A program made the position numbers and the translations under genes. This document shows, piece by piece, positions 35,944 through 45,519 of a stretch of DNA of 64,000 bases. Under the pieces are notes generated by a model, which worked only from the letters and a program-made list of their open reading frames with translations, made no database searches and was not told the DNA's origin. The stretch's first letter is position 1. Each line of letters opens with the position of its first letter. Where the stretch lies: IMG/VR virus record IMGVR_UViG_3300045051_000987, positions 32,001-96,000 of that record. One strand, given 5' to 3'. The DNA is from a virus.

Positions 35944-36825
35944 TCACGCCGCTTCGGCTTCCTCCGCTTCCTCCTCGGTCGCGAGAAGGAGATCGACAGC
36001 CTTCTCAGCCTCACGCGCGACCGTGAAGATCGCGTGCTTGTCGGCCTTGAGCACCTTGATCCACGAGGCGAGGTATTCCGCGTGCTGGATGCGCCCGACC
36101 ACACCGAGGCGTGCGCACGCGAACGCCGCACCGAGCTCGGCGACGAGCTCCTCCGTCGCATAGGCGTCGTCGCCGAAGCGCTTCCCGAACGCGCGCGCGT
36201 TGCGGCTCTCGTGACCCGTCCAGTGCACGAGCTCGTGCAGAAGCGTCGACTCGTACTCCTCGCGCGTCGCGAACGCGTCGGCGACCGGCATCCCGATCGT
36301 GTCGCTCGATGGCGAGAAGAACGCACGGTCACCACCACGCACGACCTTGGCACCGACGCGCGCCGCCACACGATCAGCCTCGCCGTCGACGTGCGTGGGC
36401 GCGGGGGTGCGCGCGTCGAGCTCAAGCCCGTCGCACTGCTCGACGTTGAAGAGCGAGAACGTGCGCGCCATCGGGATCCGCTTCTCGTTCGGCGTGCCCT
36501 CGTCCTTCACGAGCCACTTCCAGAACACGATCGACGTCGCCTTCTCGCCCTTGCGGACCGAGCCGCCGAGATCGCGGGCTTGGTTGAACGTGACCCAGCG
36601 CGTGTCAGCGTAGCCCTTCGTCAGCGCAGAGGCCCACAGCATCACGACGTTGACACCGCGGTAGGTGCGACCCGTCGACGCGTTCGACGGTAGCTCGAGG
36701 CCCGTCGTCGGCCCGACGCCATCGCGCCACGGCTTCACCCAGGGAGCAGTGCCGGCCTCGAGCGCCTCCACGATCTTCGCCGTCACCTCAGCCGCCACGT
36801 CCCGCTTCGTCGTCTCGTTCTTCAT
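35944..36825 (-). CDS. ardC: ArdC-like antirestriction protein (ssDNA-binding plus zincin-like domain)
   Basis: PWVKPW, YRGVN, WVTFNQA...VRKGEK, FNVEQ, LHELVHWTG, YATEELVAE, YLASWIKVLK. Confidence 0.92.
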   Translation of the reverse strand: MKNETTKRDVAAEVTAKIVEALEAGTAPWVKPWRDGVGPTTGLELPSNASTGRTYRGVNVVMLWASALTKGYADTRWVTFNQARDLGGSVRKGEKATSIVFWKWLVKDEGTPNEKRIPMARTFSLFNVEQCDGLELDARTPAPTHVDGEADRVAARVGAKVVRGGDRAFFSPSSDTIGMPVADAFATREEYESTLLHELVHWTGHESRNARAFGKRFGDDAYATEELVAELGAAFACARLGVVGRIQHAEYLASWIKVLKADKHAIFTVAREAEKAVDLLLATEEEAEEAEAA

Positions 36826-36832
36826 CGCTCAG

Positions 36833-36902
36833 CTCCTTGGGGTGAACCCCGTTCGATTGATTTAGGTATACAGCCGAACGCCTGAACGTGCCAGGAGAAA
36901 AG
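36833..36902 (-). promoter_or_regulatory. Early promoter cassette F
   Basis: TGGCAC-N17-TATACCTAAATCAATCG; leader nearly identical to cassette B. Confidence 0.85.
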
Positions 36903-36932
36903 ACGAGCCCCGTCGATTCCTCGCGCGACTCG

Positions 36933-37529
36933 TCACTTCCCCATCGCAGCGAGATCCGCCTCAGCCTTCGCAAGCATCGCGCGGAGCTCGACGACACGGC
37001 GCTCCGCGAGCGGACGTTGACGCGCACGCGCCGCGCGCAGGTCGTCGTCGGCCTGAAAGGCCTTCGCCACCCACAAGCCCGCGGCCCACCCCTGCGCCTC
37101 CGCGACGGCACTCTCGAAGGCCACGCCGGTGCGCGCGGGCTTCGAGGTCTGGTAGGTCGCCGGACGGCCGAGGATGTAGCGCACGAGCGCCACGCCACCG
37201 AAGCGGAACACCACCGTCGTCGAGCGGTAGTCGGGGAACGCCGCGAGGCACTCCGCCGCGAGCTCGAGGCCGGCCTCGTTCATCGGGAGCACCACGAAGC
37301 GCGTCGACGTCGTCCCGCGGCACTCGGTGAACGAGCCGCGGAGCGCACGCACGCGGGCGCCGAAGCGGACCGGGAACGCGCGATCGTCGTCGCCGAACGA
37401 GACCGAGCTGAGCTGTAGCTCGACCACCGCCGTCGACGGTTGGAAGCGGATCGACTCGGACACCGCGCGCTCCGCGGCCGCGAGCCCACCGTCGGTGTTC
37501 AGCGAAGACATGGTCTCGAAGCTCAGCAT
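36933..37529 (-). CDS. Hypothetical protein
   Basis: Start MLSFET after stand-alone hairpin plus SD (37538-37555). Confidence 0.65.
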   Translation of the reverse strand: MLSFETMSSLNTDGGLAAAERAVSESIRFQPSTAVVELQLSSVSFGDDDRAFPVRFGARVRALRGSFTECRGTTSTRFVVLPMNEAGLELAAECLAAFPDYRSTTVVFRFGGVALVRYILGRPATYQTSKPARTGVAFESAVAEAQGWAAGLWVAKAFQADDDLRAARARQRPLAERRVVELRAMLAKAEADLAAMGK

Positions 37530-37569
37530 GGCGGGATCTCCTTGGGGCAAGCCCCGGGAACGGGTCGGA

Positions 37570-37884
37570 TCAGAGCGAGAGGTAGAGGCCGGTCGCCTGC
37601 TCGAGCGTCGCGCGGAGGCTGTCCGCGTAGACCATCTCGGAGCGCGAGAGCTCGGTGATCTCGTAGGTGCGGCGCGCGATCTTGAAGCAGACGACCGTGT
37701 ATGTGTCGTCGTCGGCGAGCTCGATGCGGACCTTCGTGACGCCCTTCGCGTTCTTCATCACGCCGAACTGGAGACCACCGTTGCCGTCGAGAGCGACGAG
37801 ATCCTTCGCGCCGATCATGTACATCGCCGAGCCACCGCCGAGCTGCGCCTTGATCGTCTCGGCCACCATCATGTTCGTCGTCAT
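37570..37884 (-). CDS. Conserved hypothetical phage early protein
   Basis: AETIKAQLGG...MIGAK...DTYTV...VYADSL...TGLYLSL. Confidence 0.7.
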   Translation of the reverse strand: MTTNMMVAETIKAQLGGGSAMYMIGAKDLVALDGNGGLQFGVMKNAKGVTKVRIELADDDTYTVVCFKIARRTYEITELSRSEMVYADSLRATLEQATGLYLSL

Positions 37885-37893
37885 TGTCTTCTG

Positions 37894-37980
37894 CTCCTTG
37901 GGGCAAGCCCCGCGTTCCGCCGTCACCGTCTCGATTGATTTAGGTATACACCCACCCTCCCGAACGCGCCAGAAAAAAGA
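37894..37980 (-). promoter_or_regulatory. Early promoter cassette G
   Basis: Near-identical to cassette C over about 60 bp. Confidence 0.85.
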
Positions 37981-38017
37981 TTCGGGGCCCTGACGATTTC
38001 TCGCGAGGGCCCCTCGA

Positions 38018-38311
38018 TCACGGCTTCTTCGAGATCTCATGCCCGAGCGCCTCCCACATGCCCTCCGGCTGATGCCCCTTGTACGCAGGCGCACCCGCCC
38101 GATACGCGGCCTCATTCCGGAATACCGCGCGCGCGTCCTCGATCGGAACCTCGGGGTGCTGCTCGACGTGCGCCGCTGCTCCGACGTCTGCCGCTTCGGG
38201 CGTCAGCTCGCGCGGGTACGTCATCGCATCGGCCCACGCTCCCGCGGCGCGCGCGAGCTCGGGATCGAGCCGTCGAAAGACGGCGTTGTCTCGACGCTTC
38301 CGGGCCCTCAC
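38018..38311 (-). CDS. Hypothetical protein
   Basis: GTGA overlap. Confidence 0.5.
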   Translation of the reverse strand: MRARKRRDNAVFRRLDPELARAAGAWADAMTYPRELTPEAADVGAAAHVEQHPEVPIEDARAVFRNEAAYRAGAPAYKGHQPEGMWEALGHEISKKP

Positions 38312-38595
38312 GCGCCCGCCTTGTCGAGGATGCCGGCGATCGACTTCGCGAGCGCTTCGAGATGACGGCCTTCGAGCTCGCCGTTCTCGATCGCCTTCTC
38401 GACGCCCGTGCGAATCGCACCGCCAAGCTCCACGAGCGATTCTTCGTAGCCTTCGCGGGCCTGCTCGCGCTCGAAGCCTCGATTCTCACCGATGCACTTC
38501 TTCGCATCGAGCGTGCGCTCGAGAGCATCGAAGATCACGACGCTCGGGGCCTTCCACGAGGTCGCGCGGTTGTTCTTCTTCTTGGGCGAGCTCAA
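38308..38595 (-). CDS. Hypothetical protein
   Basis: Packed ORF. Confidence 0.5.
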   Translation of the reverse strand: MSSPKKKNNRATSWKAPSVVIFDALERTLDAKKCIGENRGFEREQAREGYEESLVELGGAIRTGVEKAIENGELEGRHLEALAKSIAGILDKAGA

Positions 38596-38848
38596 GCGAG
38601 CACCTCACGCAACGGACGCCACGCCTTGTCCGTCAGACGTCGAGCGAGCCCGCCCCCGGTCTTCGTCGGCGCCATCTCGAGCACGACGATCCGCCCGGTG
38701 TCCTTCGGCGTGGTGCGCGCGAGCGGGGAGCGGTGCACGGGGCAGACGGCGCGCGAGAGCGGGAGCGAGCCCTTCCACGCGTAGACCGTGCACGGGTGCC
38801 CGCAGTCGTTGCACTTGCCGAGGCGATGTCCGAGGAGGCCGAAGCGGC

Positions 38849-39331
38849 TCACGACTCGCCTCGCTTCTTCACCGCGTCGATCACGGTGTCGACGAGCTCG
38901 GCGCCGCGCATCGTGATCGGGACAGGGCCCGCGATGCACTCGACTCGCACGATCTCGGGGAAGACGTCGCCCGGCTCCGCGTTGCGAAGCCATCGGCACA
39001 CGCTCACGTCGTCGACGTTGCTCGCGAGCATCGCGTGGAGCGAGTAGAGCTCGGGCTCGTCGTCGCAGCGGAAGTGCACGGCGCGCAGCACGAGCCCGCG
39101 CTTGGATCCCGGTGCATCCCACGCGACCTCGAGCGCGAGCGGTGCGAGAGCCGCTTCGATCTCCTCGGGCGCCTCCTTCGCGCGCACCGCGATCGCGCCC
39201 GTGAGCATCGTCGAGACGAAGGCGAGGAAGCAGGACCCGCCCTCAAGCGCTCGGTGCACGGCCGAGGCTTCCTCCGCGGTGAAGATCTTCCGCCTCGGGC
39301 GCGGGCCCGTCGTTGTCGTCGCTGCGTTCAT
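38849..39331 (-). CDS. Hypothetical early protein
   Basis: Start MNAATT after cassette H. Confidence 0.65.
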   Translation of the reverse strand: MNAATTTTGPRPRRKIFTAEEASAVHRALEGGSCFLAFVSTMLTGAIAVRAKEAPEEIEAALAPLALEVAWDAPGSKRGLVLRAVHFRCDDEPELYSLHAMLASNVDDVSVCRWLRNAEPGDVFPEIVRVECIAGPVPITMRGAELVDTVIDAVKKRGES

Positions 39332-39338
39332 CCTGTTC

Positions 39339-39405
39339 CTCCTTGGGGCGAGCCCCGATTGATTTAGGTATACACGCGACGTCCCAAGGGCGCCAGATCT
39401 TTTTT
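39339..39405 (-). promoter_or_regulatory. Early promoter cassette H
   Basis: TGGCGC-N17-TATACCTAAATCAATC-GGGGCTCGCCCC-AAGGAGG. Confidence 0.85.
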
Positions 39406-39907
39406 CAGGCCGAGATCGATGGGCGGAGCGCTTCCGACACCACGAGCGCGATCCGGCGCCCGTTCGTGACCGTGCCGGCGACGAGCGTCCAGTCACCGGC
39501 GAGGCCCGCGCGGTAGAGCCGCTCGGCTTCGAGGATCGGCCGCACCGCGGGAAGGTGCGCGAGCATGTCTTCGATCGCGTCGATCGCAGGGAGCTCGAGG
39601 CGACGCACGACCTCGTGCGCGCGCCGTCGCGTCTCCGGATCGCAGACATCGATCGTGACGAGCACGACGAACGCGTTGATCACGTCGCCCGCGCGGTGCA
39701 TCACGCGCTCACCGCGGCGCGGTCGCCGGCCGTACGTGAGCGATCGCGCGATCGGCGCGAGGAGCGTGAGCGGAGAGACGCGCTTGAGCGACACGCCGAG
39801 CGCGAGCGGCACCATCGATCGCGACAGCTCGCAGAGCTCGAAGGGGCGCGCGACGTCGCCGATCGCGTCGAGGCGAAGCGTGTCGGTGCTCTGTGCAGGC
39901 CACGTGC

Positions 39908-40474
39908 TCACGGCTCGACCTTCCCATGGAGCGCGTCGACGGCGAATCCGATGCGGCTCTCGAGGCGCTTCACGCGCTCGGTCCATCGACGATCCTCAGC
40001 CACCGAGTCGGCGAGGAGCATCCGCACCACCGCGCGCAGCGTCATCGACGTCTGGCCCATCCCGGCGATGTTCTCGATCGGCACCTTGTACGCGACGTGT
40101 TCGACGAAGCTGATCGTCGGCTCGCTCGCGCCTGCGCGCTTCATGACGCGGATGAAGGCCTCGCGATCGGTCTTCGTCACGTCGGGCGTCGGGCCGATGT
40201 TCTTCGCGAGCGCTTCGAGACCCTCACCGCGAGCTCGACGCTCGACGTACGGGCCGAAGACGCGATCGCGCGTGTGGCACTCACACGAGCACGGCGTCAC
40301 CGCGCAGAAGGCCGAGAAGCTCCCTCGACACGCATCGCACGGGATCGGGCACGCGGTGCACGGCACTTCGCGGTCTCGGGCTCCATCTCCCATCGGCCCG
40401 TGCAGCGTCATCCGGTGCGTGTCGTTGCACGTCGAGCAGAGAGGCTCGGGCTTCTTCGGCTGCTCGGGGTTCAT
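39908..40474 (-). CDS. Cys-rich hypothetical protein
   Basis: Multiple CxxC motifs; leaderless start. Confidence 0.6.
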   Translation of the reverse strand: MNPEQPKKPEPLCSTCNDTHRMTLHGPMGDGARDREVPCTACPIPCDACRGSFSAFCAVTPCSCECHTRDRVFGPYVERRARGEGLEALAKNIGPTPDVTKTDREAFIRVMKRAGASEPTISFVEHVAYKVPIENIAGMGQTSMTLRAVVRMLLADSVAEDRRWTERVKRLESRIGFAVDALHGKVEP

Positions 40475-40501
40475 GTATGCATCATGCCGCGATGCGCGCG
40501 C

Positions 40502-41179
40502 TCAGCCGGGCCGTGTGAGCCCGTGGCGCTCGAGGAGACGCATCGGGAGCTTCTTCCCCACGTCGTCGCAGCGAGAGCCGTAGAGGCCAATCAGCGCGGC
40601 CTCGGCACCGTCCGCCGTCGAGAGCTGCACGTGAGGCGCGAGCTCGGACACGCGGCGCGTGGCGTGCCGCTTCCAGTCGTCGGGCTCGTTGCGTCGGTTC
40701 TCGCCGGTGTCGACGTCGTACGTGACGACGGGGACATCCATCCACGACCGCCACCGCTGCGTGAGCGCGTACGAGCAGAGACGCGACGCGGGGCAGAGCA
40801 CACCCTCACCATCACCACCGCGCGCGCCCATGAGGTGAGCGGCACGCATCCAGTGCCCGCGCGCGGCGCCGAGGCCGAGCCACGAGTCGATCCCGAGCGG
40901 CCCGCCGGCTCCCCACTCCTCGAGCACGAGATGAAGCTCGAGCCCGCGGCCGCGACAGACCGAGACGGCCTCACGAAGCACGTGCTCGAGCTCGCGCGTC
41001 ATCGGATCGACGTCGCGCACGAACGCGAGCCACGGCTTCTCGAAGGCTTCGTCGGGGACTACGAGCGCGGCGCCCGAGACCTTCGAGCCCGGATCGATGC
41101 CGAGGATCCCGATCGGCCACGGCCGGCGCGCCCACCACGCTGCGCGCTCGGCCTGGGCCTTCTTCGTTCGAGTCGCCAC
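40502..41179 (-). CDS. RuvC-like Holliday junction resolvase
   Basis: ILGIDPGSKVSGAALV, LVLEE, ADGAEAALIG. Confidence 0.7.
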   Translation of the reverse strand: MATRTKKAQAERAAWWARRPWPIGILGIDPGSKVSGAALVVPDEAFEKPWLAFVRDVDPMTRELEHVLREAVSVCRGRGLELHLVLEEWGAGGPLGIDSWLGLGAARGHWMRAAHLMGARGGDGEGVLCPASRLCSYALTQRWRSWMDVPVVTYDVDTGENRRNEPDDWKRHATRRVSELAPHVQLSTADGAEAALIGLYGSRCDDVGKKLPMRLLERHGLTRPG

Positions 41180-41183
41180 GTGT

Positions 41184-41582
41184 TCACCCGGGTGAACACG
41201 CGTCCGCCGGAGGCACATCCTCCGACGGGATCACGGCGACGGGATCAGTGTCGACCGGCATCTTCGCGAGCTGCAAGACGATCGCGGCGTTCGGATCTCC
41301 CTCGCCGACGACGCGCAGCGTGAGCACGGGCGCCGCGCTGATCACCGTGAAGGGAACGACGACGGCGCCGTTCACGCGCTCGAGATCGGGCCGGTCACGC
41401 TGCTCGAGGACGACGATGCGCGCGGTGAGCGCAGCGATCACGCGCATGAGCGTCTCGCGGTGTCGCTCGCCCGTGAGCGCTGCGTGTGCGGCTTCGGCTC
41501 CGACCTTGCGGAGCTTCTCGATGCGCGCTTGCTCGTTGCGGAGCTTCTTCGCTGCTCGGTTCTTGTGGTGATGCCCCATCAC
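41184..41582 (-). CDS. Hypothetical protein
   Basis: Stop codon is supplied by the 18-bp palindrome (CSPG*). Confidence 0.55.
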   Translation of the reverse strand: MMGHHHKNRAAKKLRNEQARIEKLRKVGAEAAHAALTGERHRETLMRVIAALTARIVVLEQRDRPDLERVNGAVVVPFTVISAAPVLTLRVVGEGDPNAAIVLQLAKMPVDTDPVAVIPSEDVPPADACSPG

Positions 41583-42520
41583 TTCGCTCGCTTGCTGCGC
41601 GCGGGCTTCTTGCCCTTCTTCAAGCGAACGGCCGCGCGCGCGACCTGCTTCGCCACCTCGAGATCAGCCTCGAGCCTCTCGACGCGCGAATCCGCAGCGC
41701 GGAGGTTGTGCTTCGTGATGTCGAGCTCGCCGCGCACGTGCTTGAGGTCCGCGAAGGCGCCGTTGCGCTCGACCTCGAAGCGCGAGAGCTCGGCGTTCTT
41801 CTCCCGCAGCGCCACGACGTCGTGCATCGCTCGGCGCACGCGCGACGGGTGATCGCTCTCGATCTCCATCGCGACGAGCTCCATCGCCTTGCGGTAGTGG
41901 TTCCGACGCGAGCCGCCCGGCGACGATGCTCGGCCGAGCACGAAGTGCTCGAGCGCGCGACCGAGGTTGTACGAGAGGCGGAGCTCTTCGGCGATGTTCG
42001 CCATCGAGTAGGGATCGACAGCTACCTCGACGTCACCGATGCCCGGTCGACCGCGCGGCGAGACCGCCTCGTCTGCGTCGAAGAACGGCGAACGCAGAAG
42101 ACGATCGGGTGCACGAGGCGACTCCGGCGCCACGGCATCGACGATCTCATCGGCCTTCTTCGCAGCGGCTTCGAGCGTCGCGCCGTACGCCCCGGCGAGC
42201 CGATCGACTACGCGCGAGACGCCCTCCGCATCGCCCTCGACAGAGAGCACGCGAGCAGTCGCGCGGCTCGCCGGCTTCTTCGGATCGAAGCCGAGCCAGG
42301 TGCGGATGTGCACGCGTCCGTTCTGATCAGCGAAGTGCACGATCTTGTCGCGCACGAAGATGAAAGCGTGCTTGTGGATCGCCGCAGTCGTCTCTACGCC
42401 GAGCGCATCACGGATCGACCGCATGATCCGTCCTTCGAGCAACGAGTTGCTCTCGACGACCTGCGCGCGCCCCACACCCGTCTTCGTCTTGAGGACGATG
42501 TCACCCTTCTCGAACTTCAT
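41579..42520 (-). CDS. Hypothetical protein with DUF3310-like segment and coiled coil
   Basis: LSYNLGRALEHFVLGRA...YRKAMELVAMEI. Confidence 0.5.
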   Translation of the reverse strand: MKFEKGDIVLKTKTGVGRAQVVESNSLLEGRIMRSIRDALGVETTAAIHKHAFIFVRDKIVHFADQNGRVHIRTWLGFDPKKPASRATARVLSVEGDAEGVSRVVDRLAGAYGATLEAAAKKADEIVDAVAPESPRAPDRLLRSPFFDADEAVSPRGRPGIGDVEVAVDPYSMANIAEELRLSYNLGRALEHFVLGRASSPGGSRRNHYRKAMELVAMEIESDHPSRVRRAMHDVVALREKNAELSRFEVERNGAFADLKHVRGELDITKHNLRAADSRVERLEADLEVAKQVARAAVRLKKGKKPARSKRAK

Positions 42521-42539
42521 CTCAGCCTCCCTTACGCGA

Positions 42540-42803
42540 TCAGGTCGCGTCGTCCTCAGACTCGTTGAAAAAATCGATCGCGTGCCGAACCACACTCTTG
42601 AACTCGTCCTGAACGATCCCGATGAGCTCATCGGGATCGTTCACCTCGCCGACCAGCACGTCATCTGCGAAGCGCACCTCGCCCGTCACGATCGGATCAC
42701 CGCCGGTGTCGAACACCGCCTCGTACGTGAACACCGACCGGCTCACTCGCGTGATCGAGAGATCGATCCCGATCTTTCGCACAATCTTCTCGCCATCCTT
42801 CAT
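42540..42803 (-). CDS. Hypothetical protein
   Basis: GGAGG SD; acidic 87-aa ORF. Confidence 0.55.
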   Translation of the reverse strand: MKDGEKIVRKIGIDLSITRVSRSVFTYEAVFDTGGDPIVTGEVRFADDVLVGEVNDPDELIGIVQDEFKSVVRHAIDFFNESEDDAT

Positions 42804-42804
42804 C

Positions 42805-44787
42805 TCAGGCCTCCAAGTCCAGGCGGGAGGTGTTGCCCTCCCGAGTCACCACCACGCGCGCAGGAAGGCCCGCGAGGAGCTGTGCGTCGTGCGAGACGAC
42901 GAAGGCCTGCTCGAGGCCCACCGAACCGAGGAGGCCCGCGAACATGCGCGCGAGCGCGTCTCGGTTCTCGAGGTCGAGCTCACCGAAGGGTTCATCGATG
43001 AAGGCCACCTCGAGCGGTGAGCCGCGCCGCTCTCGGAGCATCATGCCGCCCGCGAGTCTGATCGCAGACGCGACGAGCACCTTCGCGCCGCCGCTCTTCG
43101 TGCGCACGTCCTCGATCTCTCCGCTCCCGTCGTCGACGAGCACATCGAGCTCGTCGCTCTTCTTCCTCGATCGCGGCACCCCGCACGAGGGGCACTCGCG
43201 CGCGCGCGTCCGCTTCTCGTAGACGTGCCCGCACTCCGCACACGCGGGAGCCGGATCGCCGAGCTCGCGCTCCCATGCGAGCGAGAACGAGAGGCCGAGG
43301 CCTTCGAGGATCGCGTTCGCGCGGTGCTCGAGGCCGGCGAGCGAGATCGCAGCGATGCGCGCGGGGATGCCCGACCCACCGAGCGCGCGCGCGACGAGCT
43401 GCGCGATGCGCGCCGAGTCTTCGGCCGACGCGATCCCGACGTCGCGCTCTCGCACGCGACGCGCGTAGGCCTCGCCCTGACGCTCCTCCTCGTCGAGCCG
43501 ACCGAGCGCCGCGCGGATCTCACCGATGCGTCCCTCGGCCTTCGTGCGCTCTGCGCGGGCCGTCGCCGCGTTCTCTGAGGCCACGCGATGCGCCTCGGGG
43601 TCGAAGCTCCTCTCGAGCTCCTCAAGCGAGGTGCGGGCCGCGCGCACGCGCTTCGTCGCCTCGTTCATCTGCCCGACGAGCCGGATCCGCTTCTCGGACG
43701 CGCCGCGCGCGCTGGTGATCTCCGCGCTCAGCTCGCCGACCTTCGTGCGTGCGCGCCCGAGCTCGATGTTCGCGAGCCGCGATCGCTCGACGAACGCGCC
43801 GCGCTTCTCGGAGACCGAGTCGGCGACCGGGCACGCCTCGCACGTCACCGGGCACTGACCATCGAAGCGTCCCGCGAGGAGCTGTCGCACGGCCTGCACT
43901 TCCTTCTCCGCGGCGTCAACGGCCGCGCGCTCCGCGATCCGCTCCTCGTCGAGAGCTGCGAAGCGCTCGGGGTCGACGACCTCGGGAAGCGCTGCGAGCT
44001 CCGCGCGCACCGAGGAGAGCGACGCCGACGCGGCCTGAACGTTCGCGCGCTGCGCGTTCAGGTTCGCGAGCACCGCCACCGCGGCCGCGTTGAACTCGAT
44101 CGCTTCGGCCATCTCGTCGCGCGTCCCCTCGACCTGCACGAGCTCGGCGCTGAGCGCACCCCGTTCGTCGCGGAGGATCATCGGGTCGCGGGGCTGCTGT
44201 CCGATCGTCGCCGCTCGCGCAACGTCGAGCGAGGTGCGCGCGTCGCGGGCTTGAAGCATCGCGCGCTTGCCCATGCGCTCCCATCGATCGAGCTCGAGCC
44301 ACCGAGCGAAGACCGCGCGCCGCTCGCCGCTCGTCTGCCCGCAGAGCGCGTGCACGTCGCCCTGGCCGAACCAGGACGTGTTGTCGAAGTCCGAGACGGT
44401 GAGGCGGAAGACGCGCGCGAGGTGCTCTTCCGCGGCCTCGCGCTCGAGGAGCAGGCCGGGCGCGTTCTTCGGATCGGTCACGCGGAGCACGGTCGGTCCA
44501 CCACGCGGGTGCACGCGCGAGATCGTGAGGCCAGTGCTCATCTCGACCTCGACCTCGAAGCCCGTCTCACCGTGCGTGATGAGCGCGTCGAGCGTGCGCT
44601 TGCGGTGCGCGCCGGTGAGCGCGAAGCGGATCGCCTCGAGCCACCCGCTTTTCCCCGACCAGTTGGAGCGACGCGGGTTCTCGGTGTAGCGGCCGACGAC
44701 TGCGATCGGACCGGGGGGCAGAGGTCCCACGCGTTGCTCGCCGCGGAAGGCCATCCAGTTGAGCGTGCGGACGTTCTTCGGGTACAT
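42805..44787 (-). CDS. sbcC: SbcC/Rad50-like SMC ATPase
   Basis: SNWSGKS Walker A, Q-loop FGQG, coiled coils with central Cys cluster, KSGG signature, FIDEPFGELD, VVSH. Confidence 0.9.
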   Translation of the reverse strand: MYPKNVRTLNWMAFRGEQRVGPLPPGPIAVVGRYTENPRRSNWSGKSGWLEAIRFALTGAHRKRTLDALITHGETGFEVEVEMSTGLTISRVHPRGGPTVLRVTDPKNAPGLLLEREAAEEHLARVFRLTVSDFDNTSWFGQGDVHALCGQTSGERRAVFARWLELDRWERMGKRAMLQARDARTSLDVARAATIGQQPRDPMILRDERGALSAELVQVEGTRDEMAEAIEFNAAAVAVLANLNAQRANVQAASASLSSVRAELAALPEVVDPERFAALDEERIAERAAVDAAEKEVQAVRQLLAGRFDGQCPVTCEACPVADSVSEKRGAFVERSRLANIELGRARTKVGELSAEITSARGASEKRIRLVGQMNEATKRVRAARTSLEELERSFDPEAHRVASENAATARAERTKAEGRIGEIRAALGRLDEEERQGEAYARRVRERDVGIASAEDSARIAQLVARALGGSGIPARIAAISLAGLEHRANAILEGLGLSFSLAWERELGDPAPACAECGHVYEKRTRARECPSCGVPRSRKKSDELDVLVDDGSGEIEDVRTKSGGAKVLVASAIRLAGGMMLRERRGSPLEVAFIDEPFGELDLENRDALARMFAGLLGSVGLEQAFVVSHDAQLLAGLPARVVVTREGNTSRLDLEA

Positions 44788-44790
44788 CGA

Positions 44791-45519
44791 TCAGCCTCCC
44801 TCGCTCGCGAGGATCTCGAGCGCCTTCGCCTTCGCCGCTTCGCGATCCTCTGCGGGGATCGGGAGCCCATCGAACCACGCGGTGATCGCGTCCTCGGGTC
44901 GCGGCGCCGTCGCGACTTCCTTCTTCGTCTCGGTGTCGGGCGCCTCGTGCAGCGCGCGCGTCACGACGACGACCTCGCGCGCACCGTGCGCACGGATCGC
45001 GCGCTTGATCTCGTGCGTGTTGAAGCCGTCGCGCTCGCTCGGTCGGAGCTCGGCCGTCACCTTCACGAGCGCGCCCTCGAGATCCTGATCTCGCGGGTTC
45101 ATGAGCGAGATGGTCTCGAGGTCCATGTCGTAGAGCGGCGTCGCAGCGAGCTCGTGGAAGATCACGCGCGCGCCCGTCGACGTGACCTTCGCGACCGGCA
45201 CGAACTTCCTCGATGCGCGCGGCTCGCGCGGCGTCACCACGATCGCCTCTGCGGCCTGCGTCGCCTCCTCGAGCACCGCGGCCTTCTTTGACTTCGACTT
45301 CTGCGACTCGTGTCCCTGCTCGCAGCGCAACACCTCGACGGTGACGCCGGGCTCGTCGAGATCCTCCATGCGTCGAAGCCGACCGCCGCACGCCTTGCAC
45401 TTCGATCGCGTGAGCGGGTAGCTGTCCCACGCGCGCGCCGGTGCTCGCACGGCCTCCTCGGGAAGCGCTCCCGCGTCCATCGCCTGCTCGATCTTCGTCC
45501 TCGGCTTCGCCACGGTCAC
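44791..45519 (-). CDS. Zn ribbon plus SbcD C-terminal-like domain protein
   Basis: CKACG...CEQGH; GALVKVTAEL...IKRAIRAHGA; lies between the nuclease gene and sbcC. Confidence 0.55.
   Translation of the reverse strand: MTVAKPRTKIEQAMDAGALPEEAVRAPARAWDSYPLTRSKCKACGGRLRRMEDLDEPGVTVEVLRCEQGHESQKSKSKKAAVLEEATQAAEAIVVTPREPRASRKFVPVAKVTSTGARVIFHELAATPLYDMDLETISLMNPRDQDLEGALVKVTAELRPSERDGFNTHEIKRAIRAHGAREVVVVTRALHEAPDTETKKEVATAPRPEDAITAWFDGLPIPAEDREAAKAKALEILASEGG

Noticed and set aside
43036-43050. GCGGCATGATG copy inside sbcC
   Set aside because: It encodes GGMML and is about 240 bp from the next start; cannot be distinguished from chance
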